DNA of 63,967 nt, filler included, from Octopus bimaculoides (Eukaryota): the NCBI RefSeq assembly GCF_001194135.2. It is 8 parts of 8 records of this genome, joined end to end, with 100 filler letters (N's around TTAATTAATTAA, not from the genome) between each part and the next. Parts side by side here need not be neighbours in the genome. Positions count along the whole stretch, not along the records: positions 37,807 to 50,680 come from NC_069003.1; positions 50,781 to 54,338 come from NC_068983.1; 6 more parts are not named here. One strand, written 5' to 3'. Shown in pieces: positions 39,190 through 51,410 of the stretch. Numbering within the stretch: position 1 is the stretch's first letter; each line of letters begins with the position of its first letter. Position numbers and translations under genes: made by a program. The notes below the pieces were generated by a model. That model was not told where the DNA came from. It saw only the letters and a list, made by a program, of their open reading frames with translations, and did not search any database.

Positions 39190-39640
39190 TATTTATCGAA
39201 GAAATACTTTGTCAATGCAGCCCTCTACCATAGGAAAGAACTAGAATTTAACGGATTCAGGGAGAAGTTCACAAAAGATCTTCCCCACCCCTACCTTCAG
39301 TTTCTTGCTGTCAAATTGTAAAAAGAGATGCTGTAACATTATCTGATACACACCTCCATTTTCGTTGGATATTAAAACTAGTGCTGCTAAAAAAATTTCT
39401 AGTCTCAATAAAGAAATATATTTTCCTTAATCTCTGACACAAAACGCTGTATAGAAACATCCTTAAAATAAGCTATAGCTGTACCAACACCAGGCAAACA
39501 AACAAAACTACCAAGGAAATCACAAAAACGAATATTTGTTCCCTTAATCAGTCGTGTAAGGCTGAGACATTTGAGACTGCATCCAAAAGAAAGCGTCTTG
39601 ACTGAATAGCGAAGACTCACTTATCAACAAACTTCAAACT
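39190..39640 (+). mobile_element. Second decayed Naiad-type Penelope-like fragment
   Basis: FVNAALYHRKELEFNGF; II*YTPPFSLDIKTSAAKKFL; KTLYRNILKISYSCTN; ICSLNQSC. Confidence 0.65.
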
Positions 39641-39889
39641 CTGTTCCATAAACACACTGTTCATAAACACTATCTCCTCCCTCTTCTTCTTCTACCGCAA
39701 CTACAATAGCCTCTGCTTCTCTGTATTAGCAAATTGCGTATATCTTCCTGGAGGTCCACATGAAGTACTCATACCTTTTATTCTTGTTGCTCCTATTAAT
39801 GTATACCACCTCCCAGCCATTTCAGGGTAATCCCTCGCATCCGAGGAAGACGGTTCTGCAATTTCTTGCTGACTAACCTACACAAATGA

Positions 39890-40110
39890 TTTGTCTATAA
39901 CGATCAATTGTATGTGCTGTACACTTGCTCACACCCTCAAGTAAATCGACGTTATCGGAAGAGGTGCATGGTGTAACACATGCCACGTGTCGATGTTTTC
40001 GTAAAGCGACTTGAGATGAAGCGTTTTGCCCAAGAACACAACATAACAACCGGTCCAAGAATTGAAACCACGATCATAAGTACAACATCCTAATCGCTTC
40101 GCCATGTATA
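39890..40110 (-). mobile_element. SINE, family C-type
   Basis: gatgaagcgttttgcccaagaacacaac...gaattgaaaccacgatc...catcctaatc. Confidence 0.6.
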
Positions 40111-40594
40111 TCCACATCTCCCGGATTACACACTAAGCAAACTGCAACAGTGTTGGTGTGAATTACAAGCGGTAAAGCACAAAATATTCTCAGAGATGGT
40201 GTTTCAGGAAGGGCTTGAACATGGCATGGTGGATTCTGAGGCTTTCTTTTGTAAATACATACAGGCATAAACACCCACATTTTTATCCCCGCGCCCAATA
40301 TATATANNNNNNNNNNNNNNNNNNNNNNNNNNNNNNNNNNNNNNNNNNNNNNNNNNNNNNNNNNNNNNNNNNNNNNNNNNNNNNNNNNNNNNNNNNNNNN
40401 NNNNNNNNNNNNNNNNNNNNNNNNNNNNNNNNNNNNNNNNNNNNNNNNNNNNNNNNNNNNNNNNNNNNNNNNNNNNNNNNNNNNNNNNNNNNNNNNNNNN
40501 NNNNNNNNNNNNNNNNNNNNNNNNNNNNNNNNNNNNNNNNNNNNNNNNNNNNNNNNNNNNNNNNNNNNNNNNNNNNNNNNNNNNNNNNNNNNNN

Positions 40595-40625
<31 letters not shown>

Positions 40626-41282
40626 AAAGGGTTGGGATAATAGATCTAGGTAAGTATCGTTCAAGCACTCTTGTATAATCCAAGTTCTGGATAACCGCAT
40701 CGAATGGAATAAGTTGGGATTGTTTGAGATAAAAAATCACAATGTATTTCACCCAATGGGTGAATCCTGATTTCGCTTTGTTGGATTACGAACAGTACAT
40801 TGAGACATTTGTTGGATTATAAGCAAGACATTAAGACAAAGATTGAGAATTATACACCAACACGGTTTTTATTGTTACAGTCTTTTATACGGTAAATATA
40901 TTTCTTAAACCTCCGACATATATTTCTGCTGCACGGATATCGTATTATGTGGTGTTCTTTTGCATCCTGTTGGTTCGTCTGCATTCAAATTTCATCCTGG
41001 TTAAAAGCATATCCATGCAGCTTTATTCAGTGTGTTACCACTAATGGAGTTTAAAGCGAACTGGAGTATAACAGTTTTGACTGTCTTATAGTTTTGTGGT
41101 AGGAGATATATATATATTAAGTGCAAAGAATAGGATAGGCAGTAGGGAAAAATATGACATGGCTATAAAAACCGTTATCAGATAGACCCTAAAATAACCC
41201 TAATGTTTAGATGTAGAATCCTCTGCTATTCTTGCGTTCAACACAGATTGTCCCAGACAATTTTAATCTCATATAATATAAG

Positions 41283-41410
41283 TGGCTGTGGTTTCGGATG
41301 CAGTCCCACTGCGTGGAACCTTGGGCAAGTGTCTTCTACTATAGCTTCGAGTCGACCAAAGCCTTGTAAGTGGATTTGGCAGACGAAATCTGAAGAGAGT
41401 CCGTTGTGTG
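41283..41410 (+). mobile_element. SINE family B, 5' half
   Basis: gtggctgtggtttc...cagtcccactgcgtggaaccttgggcaagtgtcttctactatagc...gccttgtaagtggatttgg. Confidence 0.8.
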
Positions 41411-41449
41411 TGTGTTTTTTTACTTCACCTCTCCCACCTCTGCAAATTC

Positions 41450-42790
41450 CGTAGCCTCACCTTTCGTCACCGGTGATGACCTTCGAAAAAAAGATCCGCA
41501 TCAACTTCCAACTGTTCTTTCAGTTCACGACACGCGTTCAGTCGTGACTGCTTTTTATCTTCCGTGAGCAAGCGATGCATAAATTTTGCTGCAACTCTTT
41601 TCATTCGCAATTCCTCGCGCAAAATTCGTTGCAGGATCTCCAGGACACGCCGGTCATATCAACATTCTTAAAAGGTGGAACNNNNNNNNNNNNNNNNNNN
41701 NNNNNNNNNNNNNNNNNNNNNNNNNNNNNNNNNNNNNNNNNNNNNNNNNNNNNNNNNNNNNNNNNNNNNNNNNNNNNNNNNNNNNNNNNNNNNNNCGTTG
41801 TGTGTGTGTTTTTTTACTTCACCTCTCCCACCTCTGCAAATTCCGTAGCCTCACCTTTCGTCACCGGTGATGACCTTCGAAAAAAAGATCCGCATCAACT
41901 TCCAACTGTTCTTTCAGTTCACGACACGCGTTCAGTCGTGACTGCTTTTTATCTTCCGTGAGCAAGCGATGCATAAATTTTGCTGCAACTCTTTTCATTC
42001 GCAATTCCTCGCGCAAAATTCGTTGCAGGATCTCCAGGACACGCCGGTCATATCAACATTCTTAAAAGGTGGAACCACCCGTAAACTTGTGTTTTGCTCA
42101 TGGTAATGCCCTTGTGAGCTGTTTGAGGCATGACAACTGTTTCGGCTGCCGTTTTCCCCGGCAGAAAACAGAATTTCCCGGAAGCAATGCATTGGTCCAG
42201 ACGCGTTTTCCACTGTTCGAAGCAGTCCTGGAAGTCCTGCAAAATGATGCAAAAGCAGTCTTACACTCAAGGCGATGTGCGCAAGCGCATTGTCGTGATG
42301 AAATCACCATTCTCCACTTTGCTACAGGTCTCATCGCGTCTCGCAAATGCTTCAGAACTGCCAAGTAAAATGTTCGGTTAACAGTTTGACCAGGTGCAAC
42401 AAGTTCTGTGTGCATAATACCTTTTGCATGGCTGAAACAAATTAGCATCGTCTTGACATTGGACTTTCCATTCGTTCGGGAGATTGACGGCCGTCCTGAA
42501 CGAGGTTGGTTTTCAAGCGACAAGTGACCATTCCTAAAGCGTGGAAACCACTCGTAAACTTGTGTTTTGCTCATGGCAGCGTCCTTGTAAGCTGTTTGAA
42601 GCATGACAACTGTTTCGGCCGCCATTTTCCCGGGCAGAAAACAGAATTTCACGGAAACACGTTGTTCCTTCGCTTCAGCTATCGCAAAAATTGACGAACA
42701 GGGGTGAAGCACTGCAAAACAATGACGCACCACGTGGAATTACGACCTATCGGAGGGCGCCGGTCGGCAGACTGATGTCTGAGGGTCTCA
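41450..42790 (-). mobile_element. Rearranged, non-autonomous mariner (Tc1/mariner DD34D) transposase remnants
   Basis: HTH EQRVSVKFCFLPGK.AAETVVMLQTAY...VYEWF..F..G...RSGRP; KSNVKTMLICF; PGQTVN..FYL.VLKHLR; QDCFEQWKTRLDQCI; ELRMKRVAAKF...KVITGDE. Confidence 0.88.
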
Positions 42791-43784
42791 TCAAGTTGTT
42801 TCTAGCGGTGGAAGCCTGNNNNNNNNNNNNNNNNNNNNNNNNNNNNNNNNNNNNNNNNNNNNNNNNNNNNNNNNNNNNNNNNNNNNNNNNNNNNNNNNNN
42901 NNNNNNNNNNNNNNNNNNNNNNNNNNNNNNNNNNNNNNNNNNNNNNNNNNNNNNNNNNNNNNNNNNNNNNNNNNNNNNNNNNNNNNNNNNNNNNNNNNNN
43001 NNNNNNNNNNNNNNNNNNNNNNNNNNNNNNNNNNNNNNNNNNNNNNNNNNNNNNNNNNNNNNNNNNNNNNNNNNNNNNNNNNNNNNNNNNNNNNNNNNNN
43101 NNNNNNNNNNNNNNNNNNNNNNNNNNNNNNNNNNNNNNNNNNNNNNNNNNNNNNNNNNNNNNNNNNNNNNNNNNNNNNNNNNNNNNNNNNNNNNNNNNNN
43201 NNNNNNNNNNNNNNNNNNNNNNNNNNNNNNNNNNNNNNNNNNNNNNNNNNNNNNNNNNNNNNNNNNNNNNNNNNNNNNNNNNNNNNNNNNNNNNNNNNNN
43301 NNNNNNNNNNNNNNNNNNNNNNNNNNNNNNNNNNNNNNNNNNNNNNNNNNNNNNNNNNNNNNNNNNNNNNNNNNNNNNNNNNNNNNNNNNNNNNNNNNNN
43401 NNNNNNNNNNNNNNNNNNNNNNNNNNNNNNNNNNNNNNNNNNNNNNNNNNNNNNNNNNNNNNNNNNNNNNNNNNNNNNNNNNNNNNNNNNNNNNNNNNNN
43501 NNNNNNNNNNNNNNNNNNNNNNNNNNNNNNNNNNNNNNNNNNNNNNNNNNNNNNNNNNNNNNNNNNNNNNNNNNNNNNNNNNNNNNNNNNNNNNNNNNNN
43601 NNNNNNNNNNNNNNNNNNNNNNNNNNNNNNNNNNNNNNNNNNNNNNNNNNNNNNNNNNNNNNNNNNNNNNNNNNNNNNNNNNNNNNNNNNNNNNNNNNNN
43701 NNNNNNNNNNNNNNNNNNNNNNNNNNNNNNNNNNNNNNNNNNNNNNNNNNNNNNNNNNNNNNNNNNNNNNNNNNNNNNNNNNNN

Positions 43785-44111
43785 GGAGGGGAATATGAGG
43801 TACTCATCAACTTGCAGACACTGTGCTCTGTTGATTAATCCGTTTATTTTACAACCTACCAATTACTCCAGCGTACTGGAGTTATAAAGATAGAATGGGG
43901 CATACCAACGCTAGGCCGAAACAGCTGTAAGATTTTGTCCCTTCTTCGGTTGCTCATTGTCCTTTTAAATTTAAAATTTTAATTGTTCATATTACATAGT
44001 ATGTCATAAGTGCCTGTATATTGTCTTTATTGTCCTTTTGGTTGTAAAATAAACGGATTTATCAACAGAGTACAGTGTCTGCAAGTTGATGAGTACCTCA
44101 TATTCCACTCC
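43785..44111. repeat. Element with ~70-bp inverted termini and an internal hammerhead-like half; possible Penelope pLTR remnant or MITE
   Basis: 43790-43856 is the reverse complement of 44040-44106 with 2 mismatches. Interior ggccgaaaacagctgtaa is followed by AT-rich sequence and AATAAA. Confidence 0.7.
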
Positions 44112-44838
44112 ATTTTCTTATTGCTATATAAATTTAGGGTAAAACCCCTTTTACCCGCACCCACTTATTGTACTTGGTAAAACACTAATGTAGCAATAAT
44201 TGGGTACCTTCCCAGCAGTATATTGGATAGATATTATCCCTTAGTGGGTTGGATTCTCAACCCCTAACTCTCTTGGATTATATANNNNNNNNNNCTGCAA
44301 AGGGCTTTTAATTGGGCCCTTGATTCAACAATGACACTTCGTGCATTGAGCACATATTAAATTTTATTAAACTTGACCAATATCTTTCAAGCAATTAACA
44401 ATTTTCATGAAAACAATGATATAATTTGTAGACGTGGAACTTATTGCAAAACTGCAGGATAAACAGCATTTTTTTGTCTTCTCATTTGGGGGTCAGTACA
44501 TTTTTTTTTCTGTCTAACCTACAATTGTTTCAATTCATCACTTGCAGCATAAAAATTAACCAAATTTAATTTAATTTAACTAAATTAACTGGGTTAATTA
44601 CTACAAGTGAGAATATCTTCAGGGAAGGATGCACAAAGAAATTTATTACATTTAAAACAAAATGAAAACATAAAAACAGGAAGAATACAGTGTACCATTA
44701 TAGTTAAAAATATATACAGTTATAAAAATAGATAGTGATAAAAAAAATATAGCCATAGATTTATATAAATAATAATAATGCAGACGTAGCCATGCGAAAA
44801 TACGAAAATATATCTGTGATATATATATATATAAGCAC

Positions 44839-44956
44839 AAGAATTTTGTTGACACTGATTCCGAAGCTTCGGCCAGTTAAGCCATTAAGCCATCGTAGGC
44901 ACTCCAGCGACGGCTTAGCTGGCCGAAACTTCGAAGTCACTGTGAACAACAGTCTT
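44839..44956. repeat. 45-bp imperfect inverted repeat forming a 118-nt hairpin
   Basis: Arms 44839-44883 and 44912-44956, 8 mismatches, 28-nt spacer. Confidence 0.9.
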
Positions 44957-46029
44957 ATAGAAGAATAATGAATTTTTACTTTTCCAAACTACCCATCAGA
45001 TTAATGGAAAGCTGTTTTTATTATAATTGAACGTAAAAACAAATATTAATGTATATATTTATATATACTATAGATGTAAATTGGTTACAGGCAGTAAAAT
45101 AAAATAGGCTAATTTATTTTGAAGGCATATCTCGGAAATTGTATGACTGTTAATGACATATTTACGGTCGGTAGCTATTTAAATACCAACATGGTGGGTA
45201 GCTGCAGAATAAATGATGATATGAATTGAAAGGGGAGTAACAGTTATTAGTTATTTAAAATACGACAGATCCTTGTGAAATCGGGATATTGATGAAATAT
45301 TAATGTGATTACTTAATTATTGCTAATTAAATGGTGTAACAAAAGTAATTCGATACTAATCTTGGCCTATTAACATAAGTTACATCCGAGATTTAAGTGT
45401 TGAATGTTTAAACGTAATGAAACATAATTCGAAGTTTGTATGTTTAGATAATATGAACGTATGGTTGTGAATGTATTACTGCGCGAGGTAGGTAATGTAT
45501 AAACATTTAATAAGACTTAGATACTAAATAAAGAATAACGAGGGTGTAGAGTTTGAAGTGTTAATTAAAAAGTAGTCAGTTGTTTAGAAAATGTATACAT
45601 TTTCATGTAATAAAATTGTGGTCTATGAAAAATGGATTAAACTGGAAATTTAGTTGCTGGGAGAATAATTAAGATGGTATGACGTGACGTTGTGTAATTA
45701 AAGATAATGAAGGCTGAAGAATGTATATACATACTTACACACACACACACATGTATGTATGTATGTATAAATATAATATATTGCAGCAGAAACATATGTG
45801 GGTGCAGAAATGAAAGACGTGATTGACTGTAGAATAAAACTGAATATATAAATCTCTGTTCTCTTTATTATTAATTCACCCCCCCACACACATGTCTTGA
45901 TTTGTTATGTATGTATGTATGTATGTATGTATGTATGTATGTATGTATGCATGTATGTATGTACGTATGTATGAATGTAGAAACCAACATACCAGACATA
46001 CAATGATGGCGAATTTAACCGCTTCTCTT

Positions 46030-46085
46030 AGATTGAAAATGTTAAAAAACGATTTTCGACCTTTATTGGAGTCTCATCAGTAGTG
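46030..46085 (-). ncRNA. Degenerate hammerhead-ribozyme-like motif
   Basis: Minus strand CTGATGA-gactccaataaaggtc-GAAA, with stem II (GACU/GGUC) and a possible stem III. No stem I partner found. Confidence 0.35.
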
Positions 46086-46225
46086 TATATATCACTTGAC
46101 CAATCCAAGAGAAACAAGCAGCCAGTCTCTTTATATCTACAACAAATCCGGTAGGGTTCAGTGAGCTGGAATGATTAATTTACAAACCATGTGTTTGACT
46201 CTTTGTTTCATATCAGCGTCCTGTT

Positions 46226-46425
46226 TAAGGCGGCGAACTGGCAGAATCGCTTCTGCATCGGACAAAATGCTTACCGGAATTTCTTCTGACTTCACGTTCT
46301 GAGTTCAAATCTTTCAATCTTTCGGGAAACGATAAAATAAGTACCACTTGAGCACTGGGGCCGTTGTAATTGACTTACTCACCTCCCCTAAATTGCTGGC
46401 ATCGTGCCAAAATTAGAAACCACTA
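46226..46425 (+). mobile_element. SINE family A
   Basis: aaggcggcgaactggcagaatcg...ttctgagttcaaat...gtaccacttgagcactgggg. Confidence 0.8.
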
Positions 46426-46984
46426 TCAGCGGGCTGTCACTGGGGACTCCAGTTCACACAGTGTCAAGTCATGAGATAGTATGACAGCGTTCTGTAGATG
46501 CATTAGGTTAAAAGGTCTTTAAATAGTGGCGTTATGTAATAAATAGAAAAAAAGTTTGCAAAAAAAAAGGTTAAGTGCGATGTACAAAAAATTTAAAACC
46601 GCATCAGATGAAATAATCTGATATAATGTGATTCGAGATGGAATGGTGGATTAGTCGAACACATAAGGTGGTGGTGGTGATGGTGGTGGGGTTATGGTTG
46701 ACGTTTGAGTTAGAGTAAAAAAAAATCTTCGATTAAATTTAAAAATTAAGATAGGAAATCTTGGATAAATAAATAATGGAAGCTACGAAAACAATGGTAA
46801 TGATGGTGGATGAGCGTTTATAGTGTGAGATGAATGGTTGAGATCAGTGAGCTAAATAATCAAGGTAGGAAAACGAACGAAATCGTTAATAACTCAAAGC
46901 TCAGAAGATTGGTAATTGCAGGCTGAAGAATATAAGGGAATAAAAAAAAAGTACTGGGAAGAAAGCAAACATATATATAACCCT

Positions 46985-47600
46985 TTCTGCTATAGGCACA
47001 AGGCCAGAAGTCTTGTGGGAGGGGGCTAGTCGATTATATTGACCCCAGGAGAGATGAAAGATGAAGTCGATCTCGGCGGAATTTGAATTTAGAATGTAAA
47101 GAGGTCGAAGTGCTGCTAAGCATTTTTATCAGCTTACTAACGTTTCTTATTTCTTTTATTGCCCACAAGGGGCTACACACAGAGAGGACAAACAAGGACA
47201 GACAAAGGGATTAAGTCGATTACATCGACCCCTGTGAAACACTGGTACTTAATTTCTCGACCCCGAAAGGATGAAAGGCAAATACGACCTCGGCGGAATT
47301 TGAACTCAGAACGTAACGGCAGACGAAATACTGCTAAGCATTTCGCCCGGCGTGCTAACGTTTCTTATTTCTTTATTGCCAACAAGGGGATAAACATAGA
47401 GGGGACAAACAAGGACAGACAAAAGGATTAAGTCGATTGCATCGACCCCTGTGAAACACTGGTATTTAATTTATCGACCCCGAAAGGATGAAAGGCAAAG
47501 TCAACCTCGACGGAATTTGAACTCAGAACGTAACGGCAAACGAAATGCCGCTAAGCATTTCGCCCGGTGTGCTAACGTTTCTGCCAGCTCGCCGCCTTAG
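46985..47600 (-). mobile_element. Head-to-tail trimer of SINE family A
   Basis: Three units of about 170-225 bp. Only the last (ending at 47600) keeps the ggcggcgagctggcag head. Confidence 0.85.
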
Positions 47601-47999
47601 CAAGGATATATAATAAATTACAATAGTGTTAATGGTGTATATAAAGCAACAATAACGAGAACTGACAGCAACAGTTTGGTGGCTTGAGTGGATTACAGGT
47701 TATTATTAAACGAGGAATTATAGGAATGGAAAAGAATTACATTTAGTTGAATTTGGCAAGTTTGCATAAAGAAGTAAAAGCTGTTTGGTTGGTTTGAAGT
47801 TGAGCGTGTGTACATGTAGTCCTTTATTTCCTGTTGGAGTAGTCTGTGGGGAGCAAAATGTTTAAAGGTTTTTAGTATTCTTTATTTACAAAAGAAATAA
47901 CTTACGAATGCATGGTAAATGCATATTAAGTGTTGGATCAGTATCAGAGAGAATTTCTAAGTTTTCAGATGTACAGAGATTACATGATGTTATATATAC

Positions 48000-49285
48000 G
48001 TCAATATCCAGGAGCAGGTAATTCAACTAATTGAATAACATAATACTCGCTTCGTCGAACGACGGAGATTCATCACTCAAAATTGAATGGATGGAATAAA
48101 ATTCAAGCAGTTAATACGCGAGCGATAGCATCACTTCGGTATGGAGCTGGAATTATAAAATGGCAAAAGAGAGAAATGAAGAAAATGGATCCCAAGACCA
48201 GAAAATGTTGACAATGAAAATGTTGACACCCTATGAGTAACACCGATAGGCTGTACTTGTTCAGAAGAATGGGTGGGAGAAGTTTGATTAGTTGCCAGGA
48301 CTATATCGAAGCAGAGGAAAACAGATTAGAGTGGTATATAAAAAATGTCGTGGAGCCATTGTTGAAATATGCAAAGACGGCCGGCGTCATCAAAACTGAA
48401 AATTGTACAATGAAAGAAAATTTTAAACAAGAAATGAACACAAAAAGAAGCATGGAAGGAAAAAAAATGTTCAGTGAGTTTGCAAGAGATGTGAACGCCA
48501 AGACAGGTACAGAGAACTGGTGGCTATGGATGAAGAGGAGTGACCTGAAGATAGAGACAGAAGCACTCAAGAATAAACGTTGAGGATTCACTATGTAAAG
48601 TGCAGAATAGACACACTACCGACAGCGACAAATGCAGAATGTGTGGTGAGAGAGATGAAACGGTATGGTACATCGTTAGCGAATGCCCTAAATTGGCACA
48701 ACGCGAATACAAAAGACATCATGACAATATGGCAAGAATGATCCCTTGGGAGTTCTGTGGAAATCACGGATTACAAAGAGCAAAGACGTGGTATGAGCAA
48801 ACCCCTGAAAAAAGTCACCGAGAACGAGAACTGCAAAATTCTGTGGGATGCAGTAATCCAGTGTGATCACCTGACCAGACATCGGAAACCGGACATTGTT
48901 GTGGTGAATAAAAAAAGAAGGAACATGCATAATAATCAAGATAATATGCCCCAGTGACAACAGTATCAATGTGAAAGAAGAAAAAAATAAGCAACTAAGC
49001 CGATTTAAAGTGGGAAATACGAAGGTTGTGGTCAATGAAGAGAGTAGACGTGATACCAATCGTAATTGGTGTACTTGGAAGTCTCGGCACTCAACTACCA
49101 ACTTGGCTATAAAAGATTGATGCAAGTGTGAAGGTAAAACACCTACAAAAATCAGCATTGTTTGGAACTGCAAGAGTTCTTTGCAAAGTTCTTGAAGCAT
49201 GACCAGTAAACAATTGTCAACTTAGTCTGCTGGCTGTGGACAGCAGACGCTTTCCATCACACCCAGCAAAATAAGCTGAGTTTTC
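48000..49285 (+). mobile_element. R4/Dong LINE 3' part (RT thumb, CCHC, RLE)
   Basis: SLRYGAGII; DRLYLFRRMGGRSL; CRMCGERDETVWYIVSECPKLAQREYK; CKILWDAVIQCDHLTRHRKPDIVVV. Followed by (TAA)n. Confidence 0.9.
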
Positions 49286-49294
49286 ATTACATGA

Positions 49295-49640
<346 letters not shown>

Positions 49641-50059
49641 TAATTATTATTATCATTATTAATTTTATTATTATTATTGAGTGAGTGAGCAATGCATACC
49701 ATCAAAATGACACTGGGGTACAGATATACGAAGCTCACTATACCCATCATGACTATCCGTCTGATAACGGTATACCGGGTACATGTTTCACAACCACAAG
49801 TGCGCGACATGGTGACCTTATATCAAGAAAAACAGCGCGTGACCTTGCAGACAAGGCCCAGTTAGAGTCTTCTTCAGGTTGAGTGGCCTATCCTGCTCAA
49901 AGTTGTCAGTCACTAAGGGACATGCCCAACTGGTTAAAATCAAGCAACTCTGTGGTACTGAGCAGAATATTTACTTAGCCCACCTTTTTATACCAAGACA
50001 AAACAATGTACATAATAACACTTCCAGTCAGTTAAGATCAGAAGCCATGAGAGCCAGTG

Positions 50060-50660
50060 CCTGGTACTGCATCAGATACTTAGTACCCTCTTGGTAATCT
50101 TTGCTGTCTCTAAGAGACTAACTTTATGTAGAAGCTCTACAGGGCATTCTATTCCAACCTCCTTCAGCCATTTGTCCATATTTTTGCTTACTGTTCCTAA
50201 CGCACCAATTATTATAGGAGAGACCTTTACTGTTTTCATGTTCCAAATTCTTCCTATTTCAAATTTTAAGGGATTGTAATTTTTTTACTTTTCTCTTCCT
50301 TCCCTTACGATCTTGGAATCAATCGGGCATGATGGGTCGATAGAGAAGCAACTTTGCTTTTCCTTATCTATAATTGTTATGTCCAGCCTATTATTTTCTA
50401 ACTTCTTGTCTGTTTGAATAGAAAAGTCCCACAAAATCTTACATTTCTCCAACTCCAGTACTCATTCGACTCGATGATTGTACCAGGTGTTTCCAGCTTC
50501 AAATCCCCATTTCTGGCACAGTTTCCAGTGCAAAATTTTTACAACTTGGTCGTACCTCCATTTCTTATATTCTTCCTGTGCCAACTTGGGGCATTCTGCC
50601 ACAATGTGTGCCACAGTCTCGTTCCAAATTTCACAAGCCCTACATTTTTCTGACATATTC
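50060..50660 (-). mobile_element. R4/Dong CCHC + RLE fragment
   Basis: CRACEIWNETVAHIVAECPKLAQEEYKKW; CKILWDFSIQTDKKLENNRLDI; PIIIGALGTV; ECPVELLHKVSLLETAKI. Confidence 0.85.
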
Positions 50661-50780
50661 TCTCCACACACACACACACANNNNNNNNNNNNNNNNNNNN
50701 NNNNNNNNNNNNNNNNNNNNNNNNTTAATTAATTAANNNNNNNNNNNNNNNNNNNNNNNNNNNNNNNNNNNNNNNNNNNN

Positions 50781-51410
50781 TCCCATTGGTATATCAACAT
50801 TTTCTGGGGTATCGGCTCTCGTCCAGAGCTTGTTATCAAATTCTATAATGGTTTTTCTAGCTAATAAAATAATGTCTATCTTATCCCTAGTAATGAGGGA
50901 GCGATTCATAACAAAAATGAGCGCTTTATTTAGGAGAATAGGGGATATGCTAGAGTAATAATTATTTATATCAAACTGAATAAACGAAAAGTTTTTAGTG
51001 TTGTCAATAGATTTAAACCAGTTTACTGCTTCTTCGGTATTGATCCATAACTTTAAGGACAAATTAGGAATTATTTGAGGTAGAATCCTGTCAAGTATAA
51101 GCTTACTGAGTCTGCCAATGTCAGACTTAGATGGGCAAATGAGCCTTACTGATGGGTTATCTTGGAAGTTCTTTTTATGGTCTTTTAAATTAATCCTAGG
51201 TTCAGTTCGAACCAGTGGTTCAGTCCTATCTATTAGGTCGTAGTCCTGCATAATTTTGTTGATTTTTAAGTTGATCTCAGATAGATTTCTTTTAGAGGTT
51301 ATTTTGTATTTGGAGTTAAGCTCCTTCATGATCAGTATTTTATAAGTAGTATAATCCAGTCGGTACACGTTTCCAGTTTTGTCAGCAGGGACTAGATAAA
51401 ATTTGAGAGA
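50781..51410 (-). mobile_element. Naiad-type Penelope-like RT, N-terminal half
   Basis: VPADKTGNVY; LKDHKKNFQDNPSVRLICPSKSDIGRLSK; FIQFDINNYYSSI; VDIPMG. About 200 codons open up to the gap. Confidence 0.82.

Noticed and set aside
39650-39880. Coding-looking minus segment (YPEMAGRWYTLIG..., EEEEGGDSVYEQC)
   Set aside because: Frames are broken by stops, no consistent splice pair, and it abuts a Penelope remnant.
41402-42072. Identical ~280-bp direct repeat (41402-41681 and 41796-42072)
   Set aside because: No differences seen between the copies and they flank an N-gap, typical of an unmerged contig overlap.
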